Origin: Octopus sinensis
Lineage: Eukaryota
Length of the DNA: 50,853 bases
NCBI RefSeq assembly: GCF_006345805.1
Contig: NW_021834182.1
Location: 1-50,853, forward strand
Reading direction: 5' to 3'
The position numbers were made by a program, and so were the translations under genes. Below, one piece after another: positions 11,059 through 22,267 of the stretch; position 1 is the first letter of the stretch; each line of letters starts with the position of its first letter. The notes under the pieces are model-generated. The model did not search any database. It was not told the origin of the DNA and was given only the letters and a program-made list of their open reading frames with translations.

Positions 11059-11852
11059 CTTACATACTTAATCTTCAAGGTACACCAATTTGGAGAATAT
11101 AAATTCTGGACCCCAAGCCATAGCTTGAGAACATTCGTTTGACATTTACGTTTTTTTTAACGCTTTTTAAAAAATTTCCCTTCTTGAGCTAACCATTCCT
11201 TTCACTAGGGTCGATGTAACTGACTTGAACATCCCGCTCCCAAAATGCTGGCCGTTTTCCAAAAATTTGAAACCCTTACAGACTTAATCTTCAAGGTACA
11301 CCAATTTGGAGAATATCAATTCTGGACCCCAAGCCATAGCTTGAGAACATTCGTTTGACATTTACGTTTTTTTTAACGCTTTTTAAAAAATTTCCCTTCT
11401 TGAGCTAACCATTCCTTTCACTAGGGTCGATGTAACTGACTTGAACATCCCGCTCCCAAAATGCTGGCCGTTTTCCAAAAATTTGAAACCCTTACAGACT
11501 TAATCTTCAAGGTACACCAATTTGGAGAATATCAATTCTGGACCCCAAGCCATAGCTTGAGAACATTCGTTTGACATTTACGTTTTTTTTAACGCTTTTT
11601 AAAAAATTTCCCTTCTTGAGCTAACCATTCCTTTCACTAGGGTCGATGTAACTGACTTGAACATCCCGCTCCCAAAATGCTGGCCGTTTTCCAAAAATTT
11701 GAAACCCTTACAGACTTAATCTTCAAGGTACACCAATTTGGAGAATATCAATTCTGGACCCCAAGCCATAGCTTGAGAACATTCGTTTGACATTTACGTT
11801 TTTTTTTAACGCTTTTAAAAAAAATTTCCCTTGTGGAGCTAACCATTCCTTT
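10987..11852. repeat. Tandem array of four near-identical 216-bp units
   Basis: cactagggtcgatgtaac starts at 10987, 11203, 11419 and 11635 (216-bp period). Each unit is a SINE 3' half plus adjacent unique DNA. Confidence 0.95.
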
Positions 11853-12178
11853 TAAAATCATTTCTAAACATTTCTCAAACATCATTAAATCCAACGAGTT
11901 CCACAAACACGGACTACCATCCAGAAACACACAAAGGCTAACACACATGCACATCCTGAAGCAACTGGATGAATGAATGTGTTTATAAAAGTTCTAATGA
12001 AATTAGAAGTAATATAAAATAACCTTCTAATTTCATTAAATCACATTGTCTGATGATTCTCTACCATGATGAAACTAGTCGGTCACTGTTAGCAACTGTA
12101 ATTTCAATCCCTCAGTATGTGCATGTGTGTGTGTGTATGTGTGCATGAGTGCGGGCGTGTATGTATTAATTTATATAT

Positions 12179-12248
<70 letters not shown>

Positions 12249-12265
12249 TATATATATGTATATAA

Positions 12266-12309
<44 letters not shown>

Positions 12310-12618
12310 ATTAATCAATATAGGGTGGCAAAAAATTTTGTAGAATTTTTTTGCCACCAGCGGCCTAGTGGGAAAAAAATTAAATAGTCATAGACCATTT
12401 ATAAGTTCAACATCACAATCAAGGAACGGCCAGTGGGTGAATGGCCTATTATGGCCGTTCCTTGATTGTGATATATATAATATATATATATATATATAAT
12501 ATATATATATATATGCGTGTGTTTGCGTGTGCGCGTGTTTATTTCATATGTATGCATATATGCATATATTTATACATTATTTAAACACACATGCACATAT
12601 ATAAACATAGCTATATGC

Positions 12619-12668
<50 letters not shown>

Positions 12669-13079
12669 ACTTTTATAATATATGTAGATACAAATACATT
12701 CATATACATACACTCACATACATGCACACAAACGTACGAGATGGCATTGAACCTGATTTTATCGATTGTGGCCAATGGTTAAATTCGTTATTGCATGACA
12801 GACTTACATGTGTCCGTATGTATGTATGTGTGTATGTATGTATGCATGCATGCATGTATGTATGTATGCATGAATGTATGGAGGTATGGATGTATTTATG
12901 TATTTATGCTTGTGTGTGTGTTCGCCTCTATTTTTAATTATTTGAATTCTCCCATTGAACAAGGAGCTATTTTCACCGAAAGATACAAAGCTCCAGTGAT
13001 GGAATGTTGATAACAAAAGAAATATCTCAATTTGAACTTGAGAAAACCATACATATGTTCACTGTTCCGCTTACAAATA

Positions 13080-13134
<55 letters not shown>

Positions 13135-13145
<11 letters not shown>

Positions 13146-13325
13146 TTTTGTGTCTGTTTGTCTCCCTACAATCGCTTGACAACTGATGTTGGTGTGTTTA
13201 CGACCCCCGTAACCTTAGCGGTTCGACAAAAAGCGACCGATAGAATAAGTTCTAGGCTTAGAATGGATAAGTCCCTTTAAGTGGTGCTCCAGCATGGCCA
13301 AAGTCAAATGACTGAAACAAATACG
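13135..13325 (+). mobile_element. 3' part of a family K SINE
   Basis: cgcttgacaactgatgttggtgtgtttacg...ccagcatggccaaagtcaaatgactgaaacaa matches 9960-10135. Confidence 0.85.
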
Positions 13326-13347
13326 AGAATACAGGAATATATATATG

Positions 13348-13435
<88 letters not shown>

Positions 13436-13452
13436 TATTATATATATATATT

Positions 13453-13633
13453 ACGGAGATGTACTTGCATAGCATAGCAATTTGAACAATTGCAGCGTGG
13501 AAGGTGTTTGTAAGCCATTTAAGAAACACACAAAAGCCGTTCGATTCACTTCAACATTTAAGTTTAATTTGTCAAAATAATTTCGCCGCTTTAAGACCGC
13601 GACCTGTTCACTGACTAAAACCCGTGGTGCATC
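13453..13633 (-). mobile_element. (TA)n-flanked short element with a non-canonical hammerhead-like fold (probable PLE pseudo-LTR remnant)
   Basis: Minus strand gtca-gtgaaca-g-gtcgc..gcggc-gaaattatt-ttgac (13571-13615): stem I gtca/tgac, stem II gtcgc/gcggc. Confidence 0.45.
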
Positions 13634-13864
13634 TATATATATGTGGAGTTTGAGTATATGTCTATTTGTATGTCGATTAAAGCACATTCACCGTTTGGGC
13701 TATCTGATGTCATCCACAATTACGGTATAACTTTCACTGGATCTACGTCTTTTATACCAAACTTCTGAAGTGACACAGACTGGTCTGATTGATGCACCAA
13801 AACTAGATGCACAGTTTCCTACCCGTAAGGGACAGCTGCGGGATGAGTTGAAACGATCGTGTGA

Positions 13865-14178
13865 AGGCGCGTGGCTTAGTGCTTAGGGTATTCGGCTCAC
13901 GATCCTACGGTCGTGAGTTCAATTCCCGACGATCTGTTGTGTCCTTGAGCAAGACACTTTAATTCATGTTGCTCCAGTTCACTCAGCTGGCGAAAATGAG
14001 TAGTACCTGTATTTCGAAAGGGCCAGTCTTGTCACACTCTGTGTCACGCTGAATCTCCCCGAGAACTACGTTAAAGGTACACGTGTCTGCGGAGTGCTCA
14101 GCCACTTTCACGTTAATTTCACGAGCAAGCTGTTTCGTATCAGCTGGGACCCTCGTCGTCGTAACCGACGGAGTGCTC
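13865..14178 (+). mobile_element. tRNA-derived CORE-type SINE (probably the octopus OR2 family)
   Basis: A-box tggcttagtg and B-box gagttcaattcc. gtgtccttgagcaagacactt...ccagttcactcagctggcgaaaatgag resembles the CORE domain. The 3' tail is shared with the OR1-like family. Confidence 0.85.
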
Positions 14179-14189
14179 CTCGCCTCCTC

Positions 14190-14240
<51 letters not shown>

Positions 14241-14281
14241 AAGAAGAAGTAGTAGTAGAAGAAGAAGAAGTAGTAGTAGTC

Positions 14282-14323
<42 letters not shown>

Positions 14324-14718
14324 ATGATGAAAATGTTTTGTTGCCGCTGTGTTGCTGTTGTTGTTGGCATTTTCCATCACATTTTCCCCGGAAACAGTTT
14401 CGTCTTATCCTCCCCCTTCTCCTGCTTCTGCTCGCCTCCCCCTTCTCTTTCTTTTCCTTCTTTCCTTCTCCTTCTAATCCCGCCTCTTCTCCTCCTCCTC
14501 TTCCTCCAACTCTTCTTTTTCTTCGCCTTCTCCTTCTCTTCCTCCTCCTTCATCTCTTTCTTGTCTATATTTATTCTTTTTATTTTGTTTGTTAGTTTTT
14601 ACTGTGTTGCAACTGCTCTTGCTGCCGTTGCTGATGGTGTTGCCACCACCACCACCACCACCACTTTCTTCGCCATTATAACCACCCCCAAACCACTCCA
14701 CAGCCATTATCACCATCG

Positions 14719-14776
<58 letters not shown>

Positions 14777-14851
14777 AACTACTACTACTACTACTACTAC
14801 CACTACCACTACTACTGCTGCTGCTACTACCACTACTACACCTGCAGCTAC

Positions 14852-14887
<36 letters not shown>

Positions 14888-15236
14888 CAATGATGACATA
14901 GCTACTATTACTACTAATAATGACATTACCTTTGCTGCTGCTGTTGCTGCAACTGCTTTTAATTGTGATGATTAATGTCGATGATGATGATGGTGCAGTT
15001 GGTGGTAGTGATGATGATGATGATGATGATAATAATGCTATAAATAATTATGCTAGCGCTACCGTTGCTGCTGTTGCTCTTGATGGTGATACTGCTGCCA
15101 TGCCACTACTACTACAACTACAACAAACTTCTTCTTCTCCTTCCTCTTCTTTTTGTACTACTACTACTACTACTACTCCTACTACTAACTTCTTTTTCTT
15201 CTCCTTCTTCTACAACTACTAACTTCTTTTATTTTT

Positions 15237-15267
<31 letters not shown>

Positions 15268-15434
15268 AACTACTACTACTTCTACTACTTCTACTACTAC
15301 TACAACAACTACTACTACTACTACTACTTCTACTATTACTACTAACTTCTTCGTCTTCTTTTTCTTCTGCTACTACTACTACTAAAATTTTCTTTTTCTT
15401 TTTTTTCTTCTTCTACATCTACTAACGTTTCCTT

Positions 15435-15505
<71 letters not shown>

Positions 15506-15660
15506 ACTACTACTACAAACTTCTTCCTTTTCTTCCTAATCTTTTTCTCCTTCTACAACTACTAACTTCTTTTTCTTCTTCTACTACTACTACTACAACT
15601 ACTACTAATACTATACTACTACTACTACTACTACTAATACTACTAGTAAAACTACTACTA
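14190..15660. repeat. Trinucleotide mosaic (TAG, CTT, CTA, CTG, GAT)
   Basis: Directly visible; the overlapping ORFs are poly-S/T/Y/L artefacts. Confidence 0.92.
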
Positions 15661-16618
15661 CTGCCTTAGCTATTGATTATCGGACTTTAATTAATAGTTC
15701 TGATGAGTTGTTGACAAATGTTCATTAAAATAATTGCAATGTTATGAGGAAACTGCACAGAACTATTCGCATGTATCCTAATCAACTTAATTAGCTACTC
15801 CCCCTCCCTTCCTTGCTCACCTGCCGCCTACACACCAGCATTGCACCGCTGACGCCGTCATCACCCACCTCTGCTCACGCTTACATGCAAGCACACAAGC
15901 ACATACACACACATGCGCACACACACACAGTACGCATCATTATATACACGTATACACGCACTGGTTCACCCATGATTTCTTATTCTCATACAAGCAGACA
16001 CACACGCGCACATACATACACGCACATACGGATGCACGCACATAAAACATCTACACATACAGAGTAATATATGTATGGACATAAACACTAATGCACACGT
16101 ATACACACATACATACACACACAAGGGCATGCACACACATGCATAGTCACTCATAAACATGTAATCACACACATGCAGGTAGACACACACACATATATAT
16201 ATATATTCATACGTGGATATATACGCTCCCATAAACACTCATACGCGCATACACATACACATATACATAAACACATATATACTTACATACCTACCCAAAG
16301 ATACTCAATCGGATATGCTCATACATACACACAGGTACAAACAGGTATACACAAAGATATGAACACATACAGATATGTATACAAATAACCATACACATAC
16401 TCGCACACACACACACACACACACATTGACAATCGCGTTCACTACTGTTCAACAGACGTACTTAATACACACAGACATACATACGCATATATTTGCTTAT
16501 ATTCACACATATAAACCCGTATGTTTACCACCTTCTTAAGCACCGCTATACATATTTGTACGGATTCTGAGAAACACAAACATACATACTCAGACATACA
16601 CACACATACACACCATGA

Positions 16619-17400
16619 ATATATTGGAAAATCCCATAAATAATGCGGTGTTTTATACTTCTTTTATTTTTCAAAATTAAGATAAATTCTTTTTTAATCT
16701 AAAATATACTCTCCTTCATTTTCTACAATGCTTTTCCATCTATCTGCTAGAGTTGCAAGGCTCCTCTTCCCTGACGAAAAGTGCTCCTCCAATACTGTTC
16801 TGACCTCGTCTACAGAATTCATATTTTTTTCTGTCCAAATGATTTTGTAGACCGCGGAATAAGTGATAATCAGATGGGGCAATGCCTGGCGAATATGGTG
16901 AGTAGGGAATCGTTTCCCATTCAAACTGCTCCAGCATTTGGACTGTCGTCCTCACTGTATGTAGCCAATCATTATCCTGATGGAAGAACACCTTTCATCT
17001 TGAAATCACAGATGGTCGTTTTTCTTCTAGCGCTGACTTGAATGACTGGTTGAATGACCAAATCCAAGCTTTTCCGCTAGTTCCTCAACAGTTACGATGG
17101 GATTTTGTTCCACCAGGGTTTGTAGGACGTCCTCGTCGAGCTCTACAGATCTTCCAGGACGCTCATCTTCTAGGCTGTAGTTTTCCGCTCGGAATAACCG
17201 TTGATACTGGCTTACGCTTATTGTCCGATCCCCGTATACTGCATTAATATTCCCCGCATCTTCTGTCGAGTTGTTGCCTTTATTGAACTCATAAAGCAAA
17301 ATATAACGAATATGCTCATTTGTCACTTCCATTATAGCTTTAAAGACATAACTGTTAAAACCGAACTGCACTCTTCAAAACTTGCACTAAGAATAAGGAC
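16619..17400 (-). mobile_element. Internally deleted mariner (Tc1/mariner, DD34D-type) transposon relic
   Basis: N-terminal HTH MEVTNEHIRYILLYEFNKGNNS...EELAEKLGFGHST, catalytic motifs FFHQDN and YSPGIAPSDYHLFRGLQNHL, and C-terminus LADRWKSIVENEGEYILD*. The middle of the catalytic domain is missing. TIR candidate tattggaaaatcccataaataatgcgg at ~16622. Confidence 0.92.
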
Positions 17401-17414
17401 AAATATATATATAT

Positions 17415-17597
17415 GATAGATCGCTAGCCTCTACACATTCTTTATGTTCTCTCCTTGTTTCTATCTGTGTTCCTTTCTGTGGAATGAGCGTAGGCTCAAA
17501 CGTTAAATACTTTTTTACTTCCCGAGCGTTAAACTAATACACCTGTTTGTTGTCTACACCACCTGTCTTTGTCTTTTGTTTTTTTGTGAATTCTCCC

Positions 17598-17646
<49 letters not shown>

Positions 17647-17887
17647 CGGGAAGCTTTATGAAAATAGACAAAAGACGAAGGCAGGTTTACGGAAATAAAC
17701 AAAAGACGAAGGCAGGTGGAATACAAACAAACAATTGTATTAGTATGGCGCTCAGGAAATATAAATAAAACAAGTCTTTAACGTTTCGAGCCTACGCTCT
17801 TCAACAGAAAGATACACAGAGAAGAAACACAGAAAGAAGGAGAGAAAAAAATGCGTGCAGAGGCTAGCGAATCAACATGGCGATCTA
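17415..17887. mobile_element. Inverted pair of PLE-type pseudo-LTR copies around a (TA)n run
   Basis: The plus copy (17415-17600) and minus copy (17648-17887) share ctagcctct, ctttctgt(t/g)gaa..gagcgtaggctc(g)aaacgttaaa and cacc(a)cctg(t/c)cttcgtcttttg. Confidence 0.7.
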
Positions 17888-17899
17888 CATATATATATG

Positions 17900-17937
<38 letters not shown>

Positions 17938-18296
17938 AATGTAAGATCCAGGGATCGAGGTGTAGAAAGAAAGTTAGCTTCGAGCAATTCGTAATAAATA
18001 TTTTAAAAACCAGCTTTCAGGGGACAATAGTGGTTTATGGAGATGGAAGGTTGTGGAGTTTTTCTTATCGAAATATGATGAACTGAAAAAAGTTCTGTTT
18101 ATATTTCACGGTAGGCGACCAGGTTTGCCGGGTATGAAAATAAGGATACAAGAGTTATGGATTGGAGTAGGTAAGATCCAGTCTACATATGTTTCATAGA
18201 AAGCGGAACATCGGAAGTGGTAACTATCCAGGCGAGGTGTATACTGCTAGCTATTCTTCAGGCCGTAGATGTCTTGATTAAATATCTTGATTATAT

Positions 18297-18328
<32 letters not shown>

Positions 18329-18340
18329 CATATATATATA

Positions 18341-18632
18341 GAAAATAGTAAAAAGTGAAAAAACTACAGAAGGCTTGTTTTAAAAGGTTAAAAATATATA
18401 TTTGAGTCAATATGTCTGAAGAATGTTATAAATTTTTTCATACAATGACATAGTTTTTGAAGAAATGACCGGTTTCGCGTTCAGCTTTTCAAATTTCTTA
18501 CATCGTTATGTTTACGTTGAGAAGAGTTATCGTTATATTTTTTAACCTTTTAAAACAAGCCTTCTATAGTTTTTTCACTTTTTACTATTTTCTATATATT
18601 CAACCACGTGCTTTCACACACCAACTTTCTTA

Positions 18633-18634
<2 letters not shown>
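18341..18634 (-). mobile_element. Short element with ~58-bp inverted termini inside (TA)n, carrying a decayed hammerhead motif
   Basis: 18341-18398 is the reverse complement of 18534-18592 (1 mismatch, 1 indel). The minus strand has agaaat-ttgaaaa-gc..gc-gaaaccggtc-atttct. Confidence 0.7.
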
Positions 18635-18680
<46 letters not shown>

Positions 18681-19222
18681 GGGGGGGGTGTTAAGATGTG
18701 TTAAAGAATTTTCTTTGTCTTCTTTTCATTGGATTATACATATGTACATACATACATACATACATACAAACGAACAAAAATACCCTGTTGTTGATGTTGA
18801 ATTTCCAATGCAGGAGCCTTGGAACTAGGTTAGAAACAGGTTCTTTCTCTGTTGGCAAGAGATTTTGAAATAAACTGAATAACGACATACATACACATTT
18901 GTGTGTGTATTCTTTCAGTTAATAGTAAATAACTGCCTGTTTCAGTACTTTGTGTATCATCAGTACAATGCTTGAGACCATCGGATTTGAAGAGTTCAAT
19001 TAGAGGAAAGGAAGAAGCGTTAAAACTTATAATTACTTCCACTTCAGATCAGTAGATACTGTTTGGAAATAACGAAATAAAGATAAAACGTTTTTCTATT
19101 TCTGCTAAGATCTCACAGCTACCTATCGAAATTTAAAGATTACAGAATAGCCTTATGCTTTTCAACAATCTTAATGTGTGTGTATGGGTGTATACGTGCC
19201 GGCGTTTATCTAAAGGTGAGCT

Positions 19223-19654
19223 ACAGTTCGATATTTAAGAGATGAGGAATTATGCACATTATTTACATTATTTACATTTGAAGGATATTTGTCCCCTGTG
19301 GGATGAAATTAAAATAATAGGCAGAGAACACCATTGGAAAATATGGAAACTAAAAGAAGCAACTCATATGCTACGACACAACAACCTCTTAAGCAAACCG
19401 AGTGCAGATATGAGTAGCATATGGGAACCGGTATTAAGGAAGGATAGGAAAATATTAGATTTATAAGCCCTAAAATTCACCCCATAATTGCCCACGGGCG
19501 TATGGCGTAGTGGTTATGAGCGCGGGCTACTAATCCCAAGATGCTGAGTTCGATTAATAATAATAATAACAACAACAACAACATCGAAAAATACCCAGGT
19601 TCGAAGTTCCCCAAGATGAGGACAAACAAGGTGAGAACAAAATTCCGCCAAATG
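19223..19654 (+). mobile_element. 5'-truncated Penelope-like element: inverted tail, GIY-YIG C-terminal remnant, tRNA-headed pseudo-LTR
   Basis: PLWDEIKIIGREHHWKIWKLKEATHMLRHNNLLSKPSADMSSIWEPVLRK (19294-19466) fits the PLE endonuclease C-terminal pattern WD..KI..RE..W..RK.KEA..I...N.L. Exact 12-bp TSD taaaggtgagct at 19211-19222 and 19655-19666. Confidence 0.85.
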
Positions 19655-20439
19655 TAAAGGTGAGCTGGACAGACATACTGTTGACCATAGTTCGTAAATT
19701 AGTGTAGCACTTTATTAGTATCACTGCGTAGAAAATAAACCACAGTTTGAACTGCCTCACGATTTGATGTAAATATTCTTGGGTTCATAGCGAAAAGGAA
19801 ATGTGAGGAAATGTTTATTTTCTACCATTTAAAAAACTGGATGAATACATTCTGTAATGTAGGGCGTAAAAGGTGAGATGGTCACGGCTGGAAAACCTTT
19901 GATCATAGATTTTTCTTATGGTTAAACGATACCTGTTGAGATTAAAGGGTTACAACAGACAAGGAAAGGCAAGACGGGGAGGAAACTTGGTTGTGGTCAT
20001 CCGCGGAATAGCAGCCAAACTTCCTGTAATCATACGAAATTGACTTATAAAAAGGAAGGAAACATTAGATAAAAAGATATGACTGGAATACCTTTGATAA
20101 TAGATCTGCTCAATGAAGACACACCTGGGGCTAAACAGCCACAATGATAGCATACAAACACACACAAGCACACGCACACACAAAACACACAACTTTCCAG
20201 TACACATTTAAGAAGGAATTACCTCCAGTGGGTGATATAATGCACGGTAGGTGTCGCTCCTGTTTTGTTTTATTTTATCTCGTGATAAAGATTTCGTACT
20301 AAGCACAAATATTCAGAAACAATCTCCAAACATGAACCGAGATATTCTGTTGACACACACACATACTTTCTCCACTGGTGTGAGTTATATTTGCATCTTA
20401 ACAAACACCATTCCCCACAAAAACCCCCACATACACACA

Positions 20440-20761
20440 CGTTCATCAGCACATCTTGTTAAACAGACATACGCAGGTAAATACACACACACATACACAC
20501 AATGTAAGTATGTATGTTTATATGATATACACATACACACACATGTACTCCGTCTCTCTCCCTCTTTCTCTCTCTCTCTGTCAATATATATATATATATA
20601 CATATATGCGTGCGTGTGTGTGGTTTGTGTGTATGTTTCTATGTGTATGTATGTATATGCGTGTATGTAAGTTATATATGTCTATATGATATATACATGC
20701 ACACACATGTATACGCACCCCATCTCTTGGTCTCTCTCTCTCTCTCTTTAGCTCTCTCTCT

Positions 20762-20811
<50 letters not shown>

Positions 20812-21250
20812 ATATGTGTATGTATGTGTGTATGTGTCTTTATGTATGTATGTATGTATGTATGTATGTATGTATGTATTTATGTATGTATTTATGTATG
20901 TATACACGCATTCTTTCATAGACGTGTTCACAAACACACATATAAATACTGATAGAAATATATGCATATATGTGTATATTCACACATACATACTACATTT
21001 ACAAATACACACACATACACACACACACATATATATACACATATGTTTATAAATAAATGGATATATAAATGTATATATATATACATATATATATATATAT
21101 ACATGGTTATATACATACATGCATACATGTATACACAAACACACACACACACATATATATATATTCGCACGCACACACACGTATGCGCAATTATATTTGT
21201 ATACACGTACACATTCGCACCACATACACACACACGTGTAACGCATATAC
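20440..21250. repeat. (CA)/(TA)/(TATG)/(CT) microsatellite block
   Basis: Directly visible. Confidence 0.92.
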
Positions 21251-21328
21251 ACAGTAAAGCCGTTATCTACTTGTGAAATCTTACAATGCAGTGTAAATTT
21301 TCACACTTCCTCATATATACACGCATGA

Positions 21329-21360
<32 letters not shown>

Positions 21361-22267
21361 CACTACTACTACAATTACTACTACTGCTACCACTGCTACT
21401 ACTCTGCTTTTCCTTTCCATTTGATGCCTTGAAAAACGAGGTTTTGAAGTAACGCTATCCGACTGTCATCACACTCTCTATCGGTAGTCTTCGTGCGTGC
21501 TTCTAGCTATATGGACAGAACTCAATATCTGCTCAAATATGGGAGAATTCCAAACAACCCCGTCGCGCTTTCCTTGTAATAAAGCCAGAAATATCAAAAC
21601 AGCTGTCTTTTACATGTTGGCATTATCTTCACAGATTTTGACGAAAGAAGAGAATAGCAAGAACGGTTTATTTTAATGGCATTTTTTGAAGAGCTTAGAT
21701 TTCCAAGTAGGTTTGATTGAAGTGTAAGCATTCGTTTAAGATAGGGTAGTGTTGAAAACTTATTAAAATATCTATAGAATAGAATGGGGTATATTTAAAT
21801 AATGTTCACATTTTCTCAAGATTTGAAGCAATACAGTGTTTTGTTGTTTTTTGCTTTACTTTGTTAACTGAATATTTGAAAGACAGAAAACCGTTTCTTT
21901 TCTTTTGTCTTTTTATTACTTTTTTATTTGTGTTTTTTTTTTCTAAATAATTATAATTCTTTATTTGTTTCTTATTTTAACCATACCATGTCATATTTTA
22001 AAAACAGCTTAATGATTGCTTCGTCATTCTACGAGTGAAATCTTTGTAGTTTTTTTTATTTTTTTTTGGTTCTAGTTTTCATCATGCTTTTAACTTACAT
22101 GGATTTTTTTTTTCCATAGTTATAACCCGCCATGTTTTTCTTGTTAATAAACGACCTCCAGCGACGTATCTCTGTAATATAAGGTATGTAACTTAATGGT
22201 GCCCAGATCTTAATATCTCAACATGCCAGACTTGTGTTAGTGACAACCATGTTCAATATTTGCCAAT

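Noticed and set aside
10987-11852. CRISPR-like array
   Set aside because: Whole 216-bp units are duplicated with no unique spacers, and the context is eukaryotic.
15700-15720. CTGATGAG hammerhead half-core
   Set aside because: No stem II or GAAA follows at a suitable distance.
17940-18290. Possible decayed PLE reverse-transcriptase fragment (PGKPGRL on the minus strand)
   Set aside because: Only one short motif, with multiple stops; it needs a tBLASTx/HMM search.
19497-19555. Functional tRNA gene (also the heads at 9721, 13865, 23366, 34719 and others)
   Set aside because: They lack a complete acceptor stem and terminator and run straight into repeat bodies; they are SINE or pseudo-LTR heads.
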